A DNA stretch of 64,000 bases, taken from Acidobacteriota bacterium (GTDB taxonomy: Bacteria > Acidobacteriota > Thermoanaerobaculia > Multivoradales > J023). The translations under genes and the position numbers were made by a program. The stretch's first letter is position 1. Each line of letters starts with the position of its first letter. The notes under the pieces were generated by a model, which did not search any database, had not been told where the DNA came from, and saw nothing but the letters and a program-made list of their open reading frames with translations. The DNA lies in contig JAJCXR010000055.1 of the NCBI GenBank assembly GCA_029263315.1, forward strand, positions 124,195 to 188,194, given 5' to 3'. This document shows, piece by piece, positions 55,060-64,000 of this stretch.

Positions 55060-56603
55060 TGCGTTTGGGCGAGCTCTTGCCGGAGCACGGTGGCATGGAT
55101 GCGTCGGTGTCACATTTGGAGGTCAGTGGCGTGACCCAGGATTCCCGCCGCGTCCAACCTGGAGATTTGTACGTCGCGGTACGCGGTCAAACCTTCGACG
55201 GGCGTTGTTTTGTACCCGAAGCCTTGCGTCGGGGAGCCGTCGCCGTGTTGGCCGAAGACGCTCCCCTCGATGAGGTCAGCGTCCCATGGCTGACGGTTCC
55301 GGAGGTACGTTCCCTGCTGGCGCCGTTGGCGGCCACTTTGTACGACCAGCCGGATCGCAAAATGTGTCTGGTGGGCATCACCGGCACCAACGGAAAATCA
55401 ACCGTGGCCACCCTGGTCGGCCGGATCATGGAAGCGGCATCGCGGCCCACCGGAGTCCTCGGAACCCTGGGGTATCACTTTGCCGGCAGGTCCTTCGGCG
55501 GTGCAAGCGACAACCGTGGCCAGAGGACGACGCCGGAAGCCGCCGAGCTCTACCGCATTCTGGCGGCCATGTGGCGCCAGGGGGCGGAGGCGGTGGCGAT
55601 GGAAGTCTCCTCCCACGCCCTCGAGCTCGGACGCGTCGTCGGCATCGAGTTTCAAGTTGGCGTGTTTACCAACCTCACCCACGACCACCTGGATTTCCAT
55701 GGTGACATGGAGCGTTATTTCCTGGCCAAGTGCCGTCTCTTCGATCAACTCGGCGAAGCTGGCCAAGCGGTGATTTGTACCGACAGCGAATATGGCCGGC
55801 GTTTGGCGAAGCAATACCCGGAAGCCTTGACCTTTGGTCGCGGCGGCCAGGTGACGGTTGAACGGGAGAGCTTCGACTACTCTGGAATGGACCTCCAGTT
55901 ACGGACACCCCGCGGAGCCTTGGCACTGACCTGTCCTTTGCTCGGCAGCTTCAATCGCGACAATGTCTTGGCGGCGGTGTCGGTGGCGGAGGCCTTGCAG
56001 TTGCCTCAGGCGGCGATCATCGAAGGGCTGCGTCTTCAGTCGCCATTGCCGGGACGCCTGGAGCCGGTGCAAGCCGGACAGCCCTTCCCCGCCTTGGTGG
56101 ACTATGCCCACACCCCCGAAGCCCTGCGAGCAGTCCTCGGCTCCCTGCGTCAGTTGGGCGAGCACCGCTTGGCGGTGGTGTTCGGATGTGGCGGCGGCCG
56201 TGATGCCAGCAAACGGCGTCCCATGGGACTCATCGCGGGGCAGGGGGCGGACCTGCCAGTGGCGACCTCGGACAATCCGCGCAACGAAGATCCCGAGGCC
56301 ATTTTGGCCATGGTGGAAGAAGGGTTGGAGCTCAGTGGCAATACCGCTTACCGCAGTGTCGTCGACCGACGTCAGGCTATCTTCGAGGCGGTGACAAAGG
56401 CCGTCGAGGAAGAGGGCTGGGCTGTTCTGGTGGCCGGTAAAGGCCACGAGACAGTGCAGATCTTGGCCGATCGGACCGAGCCATTCGATGACCGCCTGGA
56501 GCTGGCGGCGGCCATCCGCCAGGCCCTGCGACAGCGGGCCCAAGAATCCTTCGAAAGTCCGTCCGGAGGACAAGACAAAGGGGTAAACCATGGCGGAGCG
56601 TAG
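55035..56603 (+). CDS. murE: UDP-N-acetylmuramoyl-L-alanyl-D-glutamate--2,6-diaminopimelate ligase
   Basis: Mur ligase P-loop GITGTNGKSTV and the DAP-specifying region (DNPR). Confidence 0.9.
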   Translation: MADGGWTVMRLGELLPEHGGMDASVSHLEVSGVTQDSRRVQPGDLYVAVRGQTFDGRCFVPEALRRGAVAVLAEDAPLDEVSVPWLTVPEVRSLLAPLAATLYDQPDRKMCLVGITGTNGKSTVATLVGRIMEAASRPTGVLGTLGYHFAGRSFGGASDNRGQRTTPEAAELYRILAAMWRQGAEAVAMEVSSHALELGRVVGIEFQVGVFTNLTHDHLDFHGDMERYFLAKCRLFDQLGEAGQAVICTDSEYGRRLAKQYPEALTFGRGGQVTVERESFDYSGMDLQLRTPRGALALTCPLLGSFNRDNVLAAVSVAEALQLPQAAIIEGLRLQSPLPGRLEPVQAGQPFPALVDYAHTPEALRAVLGSLRQLGEHRLAVVFGCGGGRDASKRRPMGLIAGQGADLPVATSDNPRNEDPEAILAMVEEGLELSGNTAYRSVVDRRQAIFEAVTKAVEEEGWAVLVAGKGHETVQILADRTEPFDDRLELAAAIRQALRQRAQESFESPSGGQDKGVNHGGA

Positions 56604-58011
56604 CGTCGCTTTTGCCATGGCGGCCATGGGTGCGGAGCTGCTCAGCGGTGATCGCCAACAGCTGTGGCGGGGTATCGACTTCGATTGCCGCCGTCTGCGG
56701 GGTGGGGAGCTTTTTTTCGCCCTGCCCGGCGAACGGCTCGACGGCCATGATTTTGTGGCCCAAGCGGCAGCGTCCGGGGCCGTCGGAGTGGTGGTGACGC
56801 GGGATCTGAGACCCCAAGTGGAGCAGGATATCGCTTGGCTCAAGGTCGACGATACTCTCCGAGCCCTGCACGCTTTGACCCACGCCGTACGCCGGGAGGT
56901 GCCGGAAAACCTCGTGGCGATCACCGGTTCGGCGGGCAAGACCACCACCAAAGAGCTGCTGAGCGCCATGTTGGAGCGCCGATTTCGGGTCGCCAAGAGC
57001 CCGGGCAACTTCAATAACCTGTATGGCTTTCCGCTATCCCTGCTCAACATTCCCGATGACACCGAATGGATGGTGGCGGAGATGGGCATGTCGGTGCCGG
57101 GTGAGCTGCGGCAGGTGAGCAAGTTGGGCTGCCCGGAGGTGGCGGTGTTCACCAACGTGCGCCCAGTGCATTTGGAGAATTTCGACAACCTGCGGGGCAT
57201 CTCCGAGGCCAAAGCCGAGCTCCTGGCGGGGCTCGCCGATGGGGGTCTCGTGGTGGCCAACTGTGACGATCGAGAGGTCATGCACATCGTCCGAACCCAT
57301 CTGCCGGAGGGTGCCCGCTTGCTGCGCTACGGTTTTTTGAAGGAAGCGGAGGTACGCGGCCGTGAGCTCCAGCCGTTGGGGCCGGATCGTCCCGGCTGTC
57401 GTTTTCTGCTCACCGTCGAGGATGAGGGGGAGCAGTGGATCGAGCTTCCCATCCACGGACTCTACAACGCCGAGAATTGCCTGGCGGCGGCGGCCACCAG
57501 CCATGCCTTGGGCATTTCCTTGGCTGAGATCGCCGAGGCGATGGCCTCGTTTCGCCCCAGCAGCATGCGCGGTGAGGTGCATCGTTTGGCCGGTGGCCTG
57601 GCGGTGGTCGACGATTCCTACAACTCCAACCCCGACGCCGCCATCAAAGCCTTGGAAAGCGCCCGTCAGCTGGCGGCGAAGCGCTACTGGGCGGTGCTCG
57701 GTGACATGTTGGAGCTCGGTCCCCAGGGGCCGGAAATGCATCGCCAGGTGGGGAAACGGGCAGCGGATCTCGGGTTCAACGTGGTCGGAGTGGGGCCCCT
57801 TTGTCAGCAGCTGGTCGCGGCGGTCCAGGGGGCGGGCGGGCGGGGAGAGCATCTGCCGGATGCGGCCTCGGCGGCGGCCTGGGCCGAAGAGCAGGTGATG
57901 AGCCATAAGCTTTCAGACGGCGATCTGATCTTGATCAAGGGTTCGCGGGGTATCGGTCTAGAGGCCGTGACGCAGGCCTTGGTGCGAGCGGCGCAGGGAG
58001 ATGCCGACTGA
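56590..58011 (+). CDS. murF: UDP-N-acetylmuramoyl-tripeptide--D-alanyl-D-alanine ligase
   Basis: Mur ligase P-loop [12 protein letters not shown]. Position between murE and mraY. Confidence 0.9.
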   Translation: MAERSVAFAMAAMGAELLSGDRQQLWRGIDFDCRRLRGGELFFALPGERLDGHDFVAQAAASGAVGVVVTRDLRPQVEQDIAWLKVDDTLRALHALTHAVRREVPENLVAITGSAGKTTTKELLSAMLERRFRVAKSPGNFNNLYGFPLSLLNIPDDTEWMVAEMGMSVPGELRQVSKLGCPEVAVFTNVRPVHLENFDNLRGISEAKAELLAGLADGGLVVANCDDREVMHIVRTHLPEGARLLRYGFLKEAEVRGRELQPLGPDRPGCRFLLTVEDEGEQWIELPIHGLYNAENCLAAAATSHALGISLAEIAEAMASFRPSSMRGEVHRLAGGLAVVDDSYNSNPDAAIKALESARQLAAKRYWAVLGDMLELGPQGPEMHRQVGKRAADLGFNVVGVGPLCQQLVAAVQGAGGRGEHLPDAASAAAWAEEQVMSHKLSDGDLILIKGSRGIGLEAVTQALVRAAQGDAD

Positions 58012-59096
58012 TGCTCTATCACTTGCTCTATCCGCTCAGCGACAGCATCCGGCTGTTCAATGTCTTTCGCTACATCACCTTTCGCACCGCCGGCGCAGTG
58101 GTCACCGCCTTGCTCCTGTCTTTGCTGCTGGGGCCTTGGTTCATCCGTACCCTGAGGCGCCTGTCGGTAGGTCAGAACATCCGCGAGGTGGGTCCGGAAA
58201 CACACCAAGTCAAGGCCGGTACGCCGACCATGGGCGGGTTGCTGATTCTTTTTGCCCTCCTCAGCTCGACGCTGTTGTGGGCCAATCTCACCAACCCCTT
58301 TGTGTGGTTGACGGTGGGGGTGACCGCCATTTATGGCTTGATCGGCTTTTGGGACGACTTCATCAAGGTGCGCAAGCACCGCAACCTGGGGTTGACCTCC
58401 CGCGGCAAGGCCCTGTTGCAAGCCTTGGTGGCGGGCGGCGTCGCGGTGCTGTTGTTGTCCAAACCCGAGGTCTTTCATCTCGAGCCGGTTTTGACCTTCC
58501 CCTTCTTCAAGAACCTGAGCCTCGACCTCGGTTGGCTCTATGTGCCCTTTGTCATGGTGGTCTTGGTGGGGGCGTCGAACGCGGTCAATCTCACCGACGG
58601 GCTCGATGGTTTGGCCATCGGTTCGACACTCATTGCGGCGGCCACCTACGCCATCTTCACCTATGTCACGGGCCACGCCGTCGTCGCTTCGTATCTCCAG
58701 CTGACGACGGTGCCCGGGGTCGGCGAGGTGACCGTCTTCTGCGGCGCCCTGGTGGGTGCCAGCCTCGGCTTCTTGTGGTTCAACAGCCATCCGGCGGAGG
58801 TCTTCATGGGGGACGTGGGTTCCCTGGCCCTCGGCGCCGGCATCGGCATCGTCGCCGTGCTCACCCGTCAGGAGCTGGTATTGGTCTTGGTGGGTGGGCT
58901 CTTTGTCATGGAGGCGGGCTCGGTCATCCTGCAGGTGACGTCCTACAAGCTGTTTGGGCGACGCATCTTCAAGATGGCGCCGATCCATCATCACTTCGAG
59001 CTCAAGGGCTGGGCCGAGCCGAAGATCATCGTCCGTTTCTGGATCCTGGCGGTGCTCTTTGCGCTGCTCGGTCTGTCGACTCTCAAGTTGCGGTGA
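58011..59096 (+). CDS. mraY: Phospho-N-acetylmuramoyl-pentapeptide-transferase
   Basis: Ten-TM protein with [13 protein letters not shown] and the conserved HHH region (APIHHHFEL). Confidence 0.95.
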   Translation: MLYHLLYPLSDSIRLFNVFRYITFRTAGAVVTALLLSLLLGPWFIRTLRRLSVGQNIREVGPETHQVKAGTPTMGGLLILFALLSSTLLWANLTNPFVWLTVGVTAIYGLIGFWDDFIKVRKHRNLGLTSRGKALLQALVAGGVAVLLLSKPEVFHLEPVLTFPFFKNLSLDLGWLYVPFVMVVLVGASNAVNLTDGLDGLAIGSTLIAAATYAIFTYVTGHAVVASYLQLTTVPGVGEVTVFCGALVGASLGFLWFNSHPAEVFMGDVGSLALGAGIGIVAVLTRQELVLVLVGGLFVMEAGSVILQVTSYKLFGRRIFKMAPIHHHFELKGWAEPKIIVRFWILAVLFALLGLSTLKLR

Positions 59097-59105
59097 GGAG
59101 CTGAC

Positions 59106-60575
59106 ATGACGATCCCATGGCATGAGCAACATTGGCGGCGAGCCTTGGTCTACGGACTGGGCATCTCCGGCCGTGCCGCCGCCGCCGTCTTGCGCCATCG
59201 CGGCATCGAAGTCGTGGCGTTGGACGAACGGGCCATGGTCGGCACCGAGCTCGGTCCCTTGGCGGGCGATCCCGGCGTCGAGCTGATGCTCGGGCCGCCG
59301 CCCGAGAGCCTGCCCAGCGGCCTCGACGCCGTGGTGGTGAGCCCTGGTGTGCCGTTGAATCGTCCTCTGCTGCAGGCGGCCCGCGATGCCGGGTTGCCGG
59401 TCCTAGCCGAAGTGGAGCTGGCCTTTCCGCTGCTCGACGGGCCGGTGATCGGCATCACCGGGTCCAACGGCAAGAGCACCACCACCGCCCTGGCCGGTGC
59501 CATGCTGCGGGCAGGCGGGCATCGGGTGGAGGTGTGCGGCAATATCGGCGAGGCGTTGACGGCTCGCCTGTCGGAGATGGTGGGCGAAGTGCCCGGCCGA
59601 ATTTTTGTCGTCGAGTTGTCGAGCTTTCAGCTGGAAACCATTGATCGCTTTCATCCGCAGGCCGCAGCTTTGCTCAACCTGACCCCGGATCACCTCGATA
59701 GGCATGCGGATTTTGCCGCCTATCGCGATGCCAAGGTAGCCCTGTTCCGGTCGCAGGTCGGTGACGATTTGGCAGTGCTCAACGCGGGCGATCCCGAGGT
59801 CGCCGATCTGCCCTTGACGGCCCGCTGTCGCTACTTTGCGTCCCGCGGCACGGTGCGGGACGGCTGCCATCTGCAAGGGGATACGGTGGTGGAGGTGGTG
59901 CCCGGCGGCGAGGCGTCAGTGCTCTTCGAACGCCAGGACATGCCCTTGCCGGGGTTGCACAATTTGGAGAACGCCATGGCAGCGGCGCTGCTGGCGCGTT
60001 CCTTCGGCGTCGCCGCCAAGACCATCCGGCGGGCCGTGCAAGGCTTTTGTGGTTTGCCCCATCGGCTCGAATGGGTCGGCCAGCGACACGGTGTCGATTG
60101 GTACGACGATTCGAAGGGGACCAATCTGGCTGCCACCGTGCGTTCCTTGGAGGGTTTTGCGGACAACTCCGTGCACATCATTCTCGGTGGCATCTACAAG
60201 GGCGGTGACTTGACGGAGCTCTGCGAGGCGGTGGAGCGCAAGGCCTGCCGCGCCTATCTCATCGGTCAGGCGGCGCCGACCTTTGGCGAAGCCTTGGCCG
60301 CTCGGCAGGTGGCGCACGAGCACTGCGGCGAGCTGGCGTCGGCGGTGGGACGGGCCTCCGAGACGGCCTCGGTGGGGCAATGTGTGCTGCTGTCCCCCGC
60401 TTGTTCCAGCTTCGATCAGTTTCCCAATTTCGCGGAGCGGGGGCGTGTCTTCAAACGTTTGGTGCGAGCCCTGGATGGTCTGCAGGAAGAGCGCCATCCG
60501 CAGACCTCTCAGCGGGCACCGGGTCGCCGGGCGATGGCCGGCGCAGCGCCAAAAGGAGACCGGCATGGCGCGTAA
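59106..60575 (+). CDS. murD: UDP-N-acetylmuramoylalanine--D-glutamate ligase (with ~40-aa basic C-terminal tail)
   Basis: P-loop GITGSNGKSTTT and MurD-specific C-terminal domain. The tail overlaps the ftsW start by 11 bp. Confidence 0.9.
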   Translation: MTIPWHEQHWRRALVYGLGISGRAAAAVLRHRGIEVVALDERAMVGTELGPLAGDPGVELMLGPPPESLPSGLDAVVVSPGVPLNRPLLQAARDAGLPVLAEVELAFPLLDGPVIGITGSNGKSTTTALAGAMLRAGGHRVEVCGNIGEALTARLSEMVGEVPGRIFVVELSSFQLETIDRFHPQAAALLNLTPDHLDRHADFAAYRDAKVALFRSQVGDDLAVLNAGDPEVADLPLTARCRYFASRGTVRDGCHLQGDTVVEVVPGGEASVLFERQDMPLPGLHNLENAMAAALLARSFGVAAKTIRRAVQGFCGLPHRLEWVGQRHGVDWYDDSKGTNLAATVRSLEGFADNSVHIILGGIYKGGDLTELCEAVERKACRAYLIGQAAPTFGEALAARQVAHEHCGELASAVGRASETASVGQCVLLSPACSSFDQFPNFAERGRVFKRLVRALDGLQEERHPQTSQRAPGRRAMAGAAPKGDRHGA

Positions 60576-61650
60576 GCTGGTCTTTGATCGCATCCTTTTT
60601 TCCACCGTCATCGCCCTGACCGGCCTTGGCCTGGTCATGGTGTTCTCCGCCAGCGCCGTGATGGCGCGGGAACGGGGGTTGGCCTTCAATCCCTATTTTG
60701 CCAAGCAATGCGTGGCTGCGGTATTGGGCCTGGTGGGCATGTTTGTGGTCATGCATGTCGACTATCGGCGGCTGCGCAAGCCGGTGGTGATCTACACCAT
60801 GGTGGGGGGTGTCATGGTGTTGTTGGTGGCGGTTCTCTTCATGCCGGCCCTCAACAATTCCCATCGCTGGTTCTTCATCGGCGGTCTGTCGATCCAACCC
60901 TCGGAGCTGGCCAAGCTGGCATTGATCCCCTTTGTCGCGTATCAGATCGATCGCAAGGCGGATCAGATCAATACCTACGCCCTGCTGGTCCCCTGTGCCT
61001 TCTTGACCGCCACCATGGTGGCGCTGATTTTTCTCGGCCGAGATCTCGGGACGACGGTATTGCTGAGTATTCCGCCCCTGGTGATGATTTTCTTGGCCGG
61101 CATCTCGGCTCGTCTGTTGTTCGTGGGCGGCGCCATGTTGCTGCCCATGGTCGCCATGGCCATCGCCTTGGAGCCCTACCGTTTTCGTCGCATGACGGCA
61201 TTTTTGGATCCCGAGCAGGACCCCCTGGGCACCGGTTTCCAGCCCCTGCAATCGCTCATCGCCGTGGGTTCCGGTGGCATCTTTGGCCTGGGGCCGGGAA
61301 ACAGCGTCCAGAAGCTCTACTTCTTGCCCTCGCCCCATGCCGATTTCATCTATTCGATCATCGCCGAGGAGCTGGGCCTGATCGGCGGGCTTTTTGTCTT
61401 GGGGCTGTTCGGGGTATTGCTATGGCGCGGCATCATCGCCGGTCAGCAAGCGCCGGACAACCTGGGCCGCTATTTGGCTTGGGGATTCACCTGCCTGATC
61501 GTCGTCCAGGCGTTGATGCATATCAGTGTCACCCTTTCGATCATGCCCACCACCGGAATGCCGCTGCCCTTGGTGTCCCACGGCGGCTCGTCCCTGGTCA
61601 CCACCATGCTCGCCTGTGGCGTGGTGCTCAACGTCTCGCAGCACACCTGA
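60565..61650 (+). CDS. ftsW: Peptidoglycan glycosyltransferase FtsW (SEDS family)
   Basis: Ten-TM SEDS pattern (MARKLVFDRILFSTVIALTGLGLVMVFSAS...). ATG at 60565; the longer 455-aa ORF upstream is out-of-frame overlap with murD. Confidence 0.9.
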   Translation: MARKLVFDRILFSTVIALTGLGLVMVFSASAVMARERGLAFNPYFAKQCVAAVLGLVGMFVVMHVDYRRLRKPVVIYTMVGGVMVLLVAVLFMPALNNSHRWFFIGGLSIQPSELAKLALIPFVAYQIDRKADQINTYALLVPCAFLTATMVALIFLGRDLGTTVLLSIPPLVMIFLAGISARLLFVGGAMLLPMVAMAIALEPYRFRRMTAFLDPEQDPLGTGFQPLQSLIAVGSGGIFGLGPGNSVQKLYFLPSPHADFIYSIIAEELGLIGGLFVLGLFGVLLWRGIIAGQQAPDNLGRYLAWGFTCLIVVQALMHISVTLSIMPTTGMPLPLVSHGGSSLVTTMLACGVVLNVSQHT

Positions 61651-61651
61651 G

Positions 61652-62789
61652 GATGCACGTGTCGCCGATCACCCATCAACCTTCGCCTACCCCCCGGGAT
61701 CAGCATGCGCTGTTCTGCGGTGGCGGTAGCGGTGGTCATGTCTTCCCCGGTTTGGCGGTGGCCCAGGAGCTGCGTCAACGTGGTTGGCGGGTGAGCTGGA
61801 GTGGCTCGTCCCGGGGCATGGAAAAGCGCTTGCTGGAGGCACGCGACATACCGTTCTATGCCCTGCCTGCCCGGCCGCTGGTCGGGCAGGGCCCGTTGGG
61901 CAAGATGCGTGCTCTCTTCACTGTGGCGGCGGCTGCTTGGCGGGCCCGTGGCATGGTGCGGCGTCTGAAGGCGGGGGTGGTGATCGGCACCGGGGGTTAT
62001 GTTTCGGCGCCGATGGTCCTGGGAGCGCGTTTGGCGCGGCGTCCGGTGCTATTGCTCGAACCCAACGCCGAGGTTGGATTCGCCAACCGTTGGTTGTCGC
62101 GGGTCGCCTCCGAAGCGGCGGTGGTGGACGCCGCCAGCGGTGCTCAGCTGGCCTGCCCTTGGCGGCAAACCGGTATCCCCATTCGGCCCGAGCTCTTCAC
62201 CGTGGGGGAGGAACCGCCGTCGCCGCCATGGCGTCTCCTAGTGCTCGGTGGCAGCCAAGGGGCACGGCAGCTCAATCTGTTGTTGCCGGCGGCATTGGGA
62301 CGGCTGGGTCTCGATCAACCGGTGGCGGTACGTCATCAATGTGGTGAGCGTCATGTGGAGGCTACGCAAGCGGCCTACGCCGAGGCTGGGTTGACCTCCG
62401 ATCCGCGCTACGACATCGAGGTGGTGCCGTTTCTGGAGGATATGGCGGCGGCCCTCGGCGATTGCCATGTGGTGATCTCCCGTGCGGGTGCCATTACCTT
62501 GGCGGAAATATGTGCTGCCGGCCGCGCCAGCCTGCTGTTGCCCTTGTCGTTGGCGGCGGCCCATCAAGTGGGCAATGCGCGTCATCTGGTCGATGCCGGG
62601 GCCGCTGCCATGCTACTTGCCGAGGCCACGGCGGAGGATCTAGCGGCGCTGTTGGAGGCTTTATTGACCGACCTGCCACGGCGCCAGGCCATGGCTTCTT
62701 CGGCCCGTTCCTTGGCCCGTCCGCAGGCGGCCCAAGACATTGCTGATCGTATCGAGAGCTTGGCCCTCGAGGGGCGGGGGAAGGTCTGA
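61652..62789 (+). CDS. murG: UDP-N-acetylglucosamine--N-acetylmuramyl-(pentapeptide) pyrophosphoryl-undecaprenol N-acetylglucosamine transferase
   Basis: CGGGSGGHVFPGLAVAQEL (G-loop 1) and the C-terminal GT-B domain. The 693-aa ORF call starting at 60708 is mostly overlap with ftsW in another frame. Confidence 0.85.
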
Positions 62790-64000
62790 TGTTTCGCATT
62801 TTTGCAGGTCTATCGCACGTTCACTTCGTCGGCATCGGCGGCGCCGGCATGAGCGGTATTGCCGAGGTGCTCTTGGATTACGAGCTGCTGGTCAGCGGCT
62901 GCGACCGAGCGCGCAGCAACACTACGGACCGCCTCCAGCAGTTGGGGGTCAAGGTCAGCTTCGGCCACTCGCCGAGCCATCTCGACGGGGTCGATCTGGT
63001 GGTCAAGTCGTCGGCCATTCCCGACGACAATGAAGAGATCATGGCGGCCCGCGAACGGGGTATCACCGTGGTGCGGCGGGCTGAGATCCTGGGTGAGCTG
63101 ATGCGCCTCAAATACGGCATCGCGGTGGCGGGCACCCATGGCAAGACGACGACGACGTCGTTGATTGGTACTCTGTTCACCGAAGCGGGGCTCGACCCGA
63201 CGGTTATCGTCGGCGGTCGCATGCGGGTTTCCGGAACCGGTGCGCGGGTGGGGCGCAGCGATTATCTGGTGGCCGAGGCCGATGAGTTCGACCGCAGTTT
63301 TTTACGTTTGATGCCGGTGTTGGCGGTGATCACGTCCATCGACGAGGATCACCTCGACACCTACGGGAACTTCGCCGCCATCCGCGAGGCATTCCTCGAG
63401 TTCGCCGGTCGGGTGCCTTTCTTTGGCCAGATCATCCTATGTCTGGACGATGCCAATATTCAGCAGGTGTTGCCCACCCTGTCGAAGGAGCACCGGGTGG
63501 TGACCTATGGTCTCTCGCCGCAGGCGGATCTGATGGCTCAGGACATCGAGGCGACCCCCGAAGGCTGCCGTTTTCAGGTCATCGCTGCGGGGGAAGGTTT
63601 GCTCGGCACCATCGAGGTTCCCATGCCCGGGCATCACAACGTCTGCAACACCTTGGCGGCGGTGGCGGTGGGCCGAGCTGTCGGTTTGCGCTTCGAGCAA
63701 ATTGCCGAAGCGCTCAAAACCTTTGGTGGCGTGCATCGGCGGTTCGAGAGGGTGGGGCACTGCTCGCAGGCGGTGGTGGTCGACGACTATGCCCATCACC
63801 CGGCGGAAGTGAGGGCCACCCTCAACGCCGCCCGTCAAGCCTTCCCCAAGGGGCGCATCCACGCCATCTTCCAACCGCATTTGTTCACTCGCACCCGCGA
63901 TCTGGCGGAAGACTTCGGACGTGCTCTGATGGGAGCTGACCACGCGGTGGTGACCTCGATCTACGCTTCCCGCGAATCGCCGCTGCCGGGTGTCAGCGGC
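62789..64000 (+). CDS. murC: UDP-N-acetylmuramate--L-alanine ligase, 3' end outside window
   Basis: HFVGIGGAGMSGIAEVL (N-terminal Rossmann) and GTHGKTTTTS (Mur ligase P-loop). ATG at 62789 overlaps the murG stop. Open to the window edge. Confidence 0.9.
   Translation, partial: MFRIFAGLSHVHFVGIGGAGMSGIAEVLLDYELLVSGCDRARSNTTDRLQQLGVKVSFGHSPSHLDGVDLVVKSSAIPDDNEEIMAARERGITVVRRAEILGELMRLKYGIAVAGTHGKTTTTSLIGTLFTEAGLDPTVIVGGRMRVSGTGARVGRSDYLVAEADEFDRSFLRLMPVLAVITSIDEDHLDTYGNFAAIREAFLEFAGRVPFFGQIILCLDDANIQQVLPTLSKEHRVVTYGLSPQADLMAQDIEATPEGCRFQVIAAGEGLLGTIEVPMPGHHNVCNTLAAVAVGRAVGLRFEQIAEALKTFGGVHRRFERVGHCSQAVVVDDYAHHPAEVRATLNAARQAFPKGRIHAIFQPHLFTRTRDLAEDFGRALMGADHAVVTSIYASRESPLPGVSG

Noticed and set aside
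60708-61651. 5' two-thirds of the 693-aa ORF assigned to murG
   Set aside because: This part is an out-of-frame overlap with ftsW (Gly/Arg/His-rich). The MurG G-loop begins right after the Met at 61652, so the gene was trimmed.

Overview
The window is high-GC (~65%) bacterial chromosome from a Gram-negative-type genome. It splits into two parts.

Right part (about 43.4-64 kb) is conserved core. It carries eno, ftsB, mfd, two parvulin/SurA-type PPIases, and a canonical dcw cluster in the order mraZ-rsmH-ftsL-ftsI-murE-murF-mraY-murD-ftsW-murG-murC. murC runs off the 3' edge.

Left part (1 to about 43 kb) ends at an initiator tRNA-Met on the minus strand at 43033-43109. It looks accessory and is rich in conflict/stress-type modules:
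- a giant KAP P-loop NTPase whose N-terminus is a CHAT-like domain that appears to have lost its catalytic Cys;
- an ECF sigma / anti-sigma pair directly upstream of a secreted TPR-CHAT (caspase-like) protease;
- a polyamine-related membrane cluster: AdoMet decarboxylase SpeH, two DUF4178 proteins, a small secreted protein, a DUF350 membrane protein and a spermidine-synthase-like enzyme fused to a multi-TM domain;
- a degenerate higBA locus (intact HigA antitoxin, about 24-codon HigB relic) and a vapBC pair;
- a long co-oriented minus-strand array: histidine kinase, MoxR AAA+, CoxE-type VWA, an FGase-like protein, an 819-aa unknown protein, an NfeD(YqiJ)-like protein, a flotillin(YqiK)-like SPFH protein, and a 1887-aa protein with a single dynein/MoxR-type AAA+ module.

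The two most likely candidates for an undescribed system are the flotillin / NfeD / giant-AAA operon and the speH / DUF4178 / DUF350 / membrane-SpeE cluster. Several direct-repeat arrays and palindromes lie in intergenic regions. No transposase, integrase or CRISPR array was seen. All calls rest on reading motifs in the supplied translations; no database search was possible.
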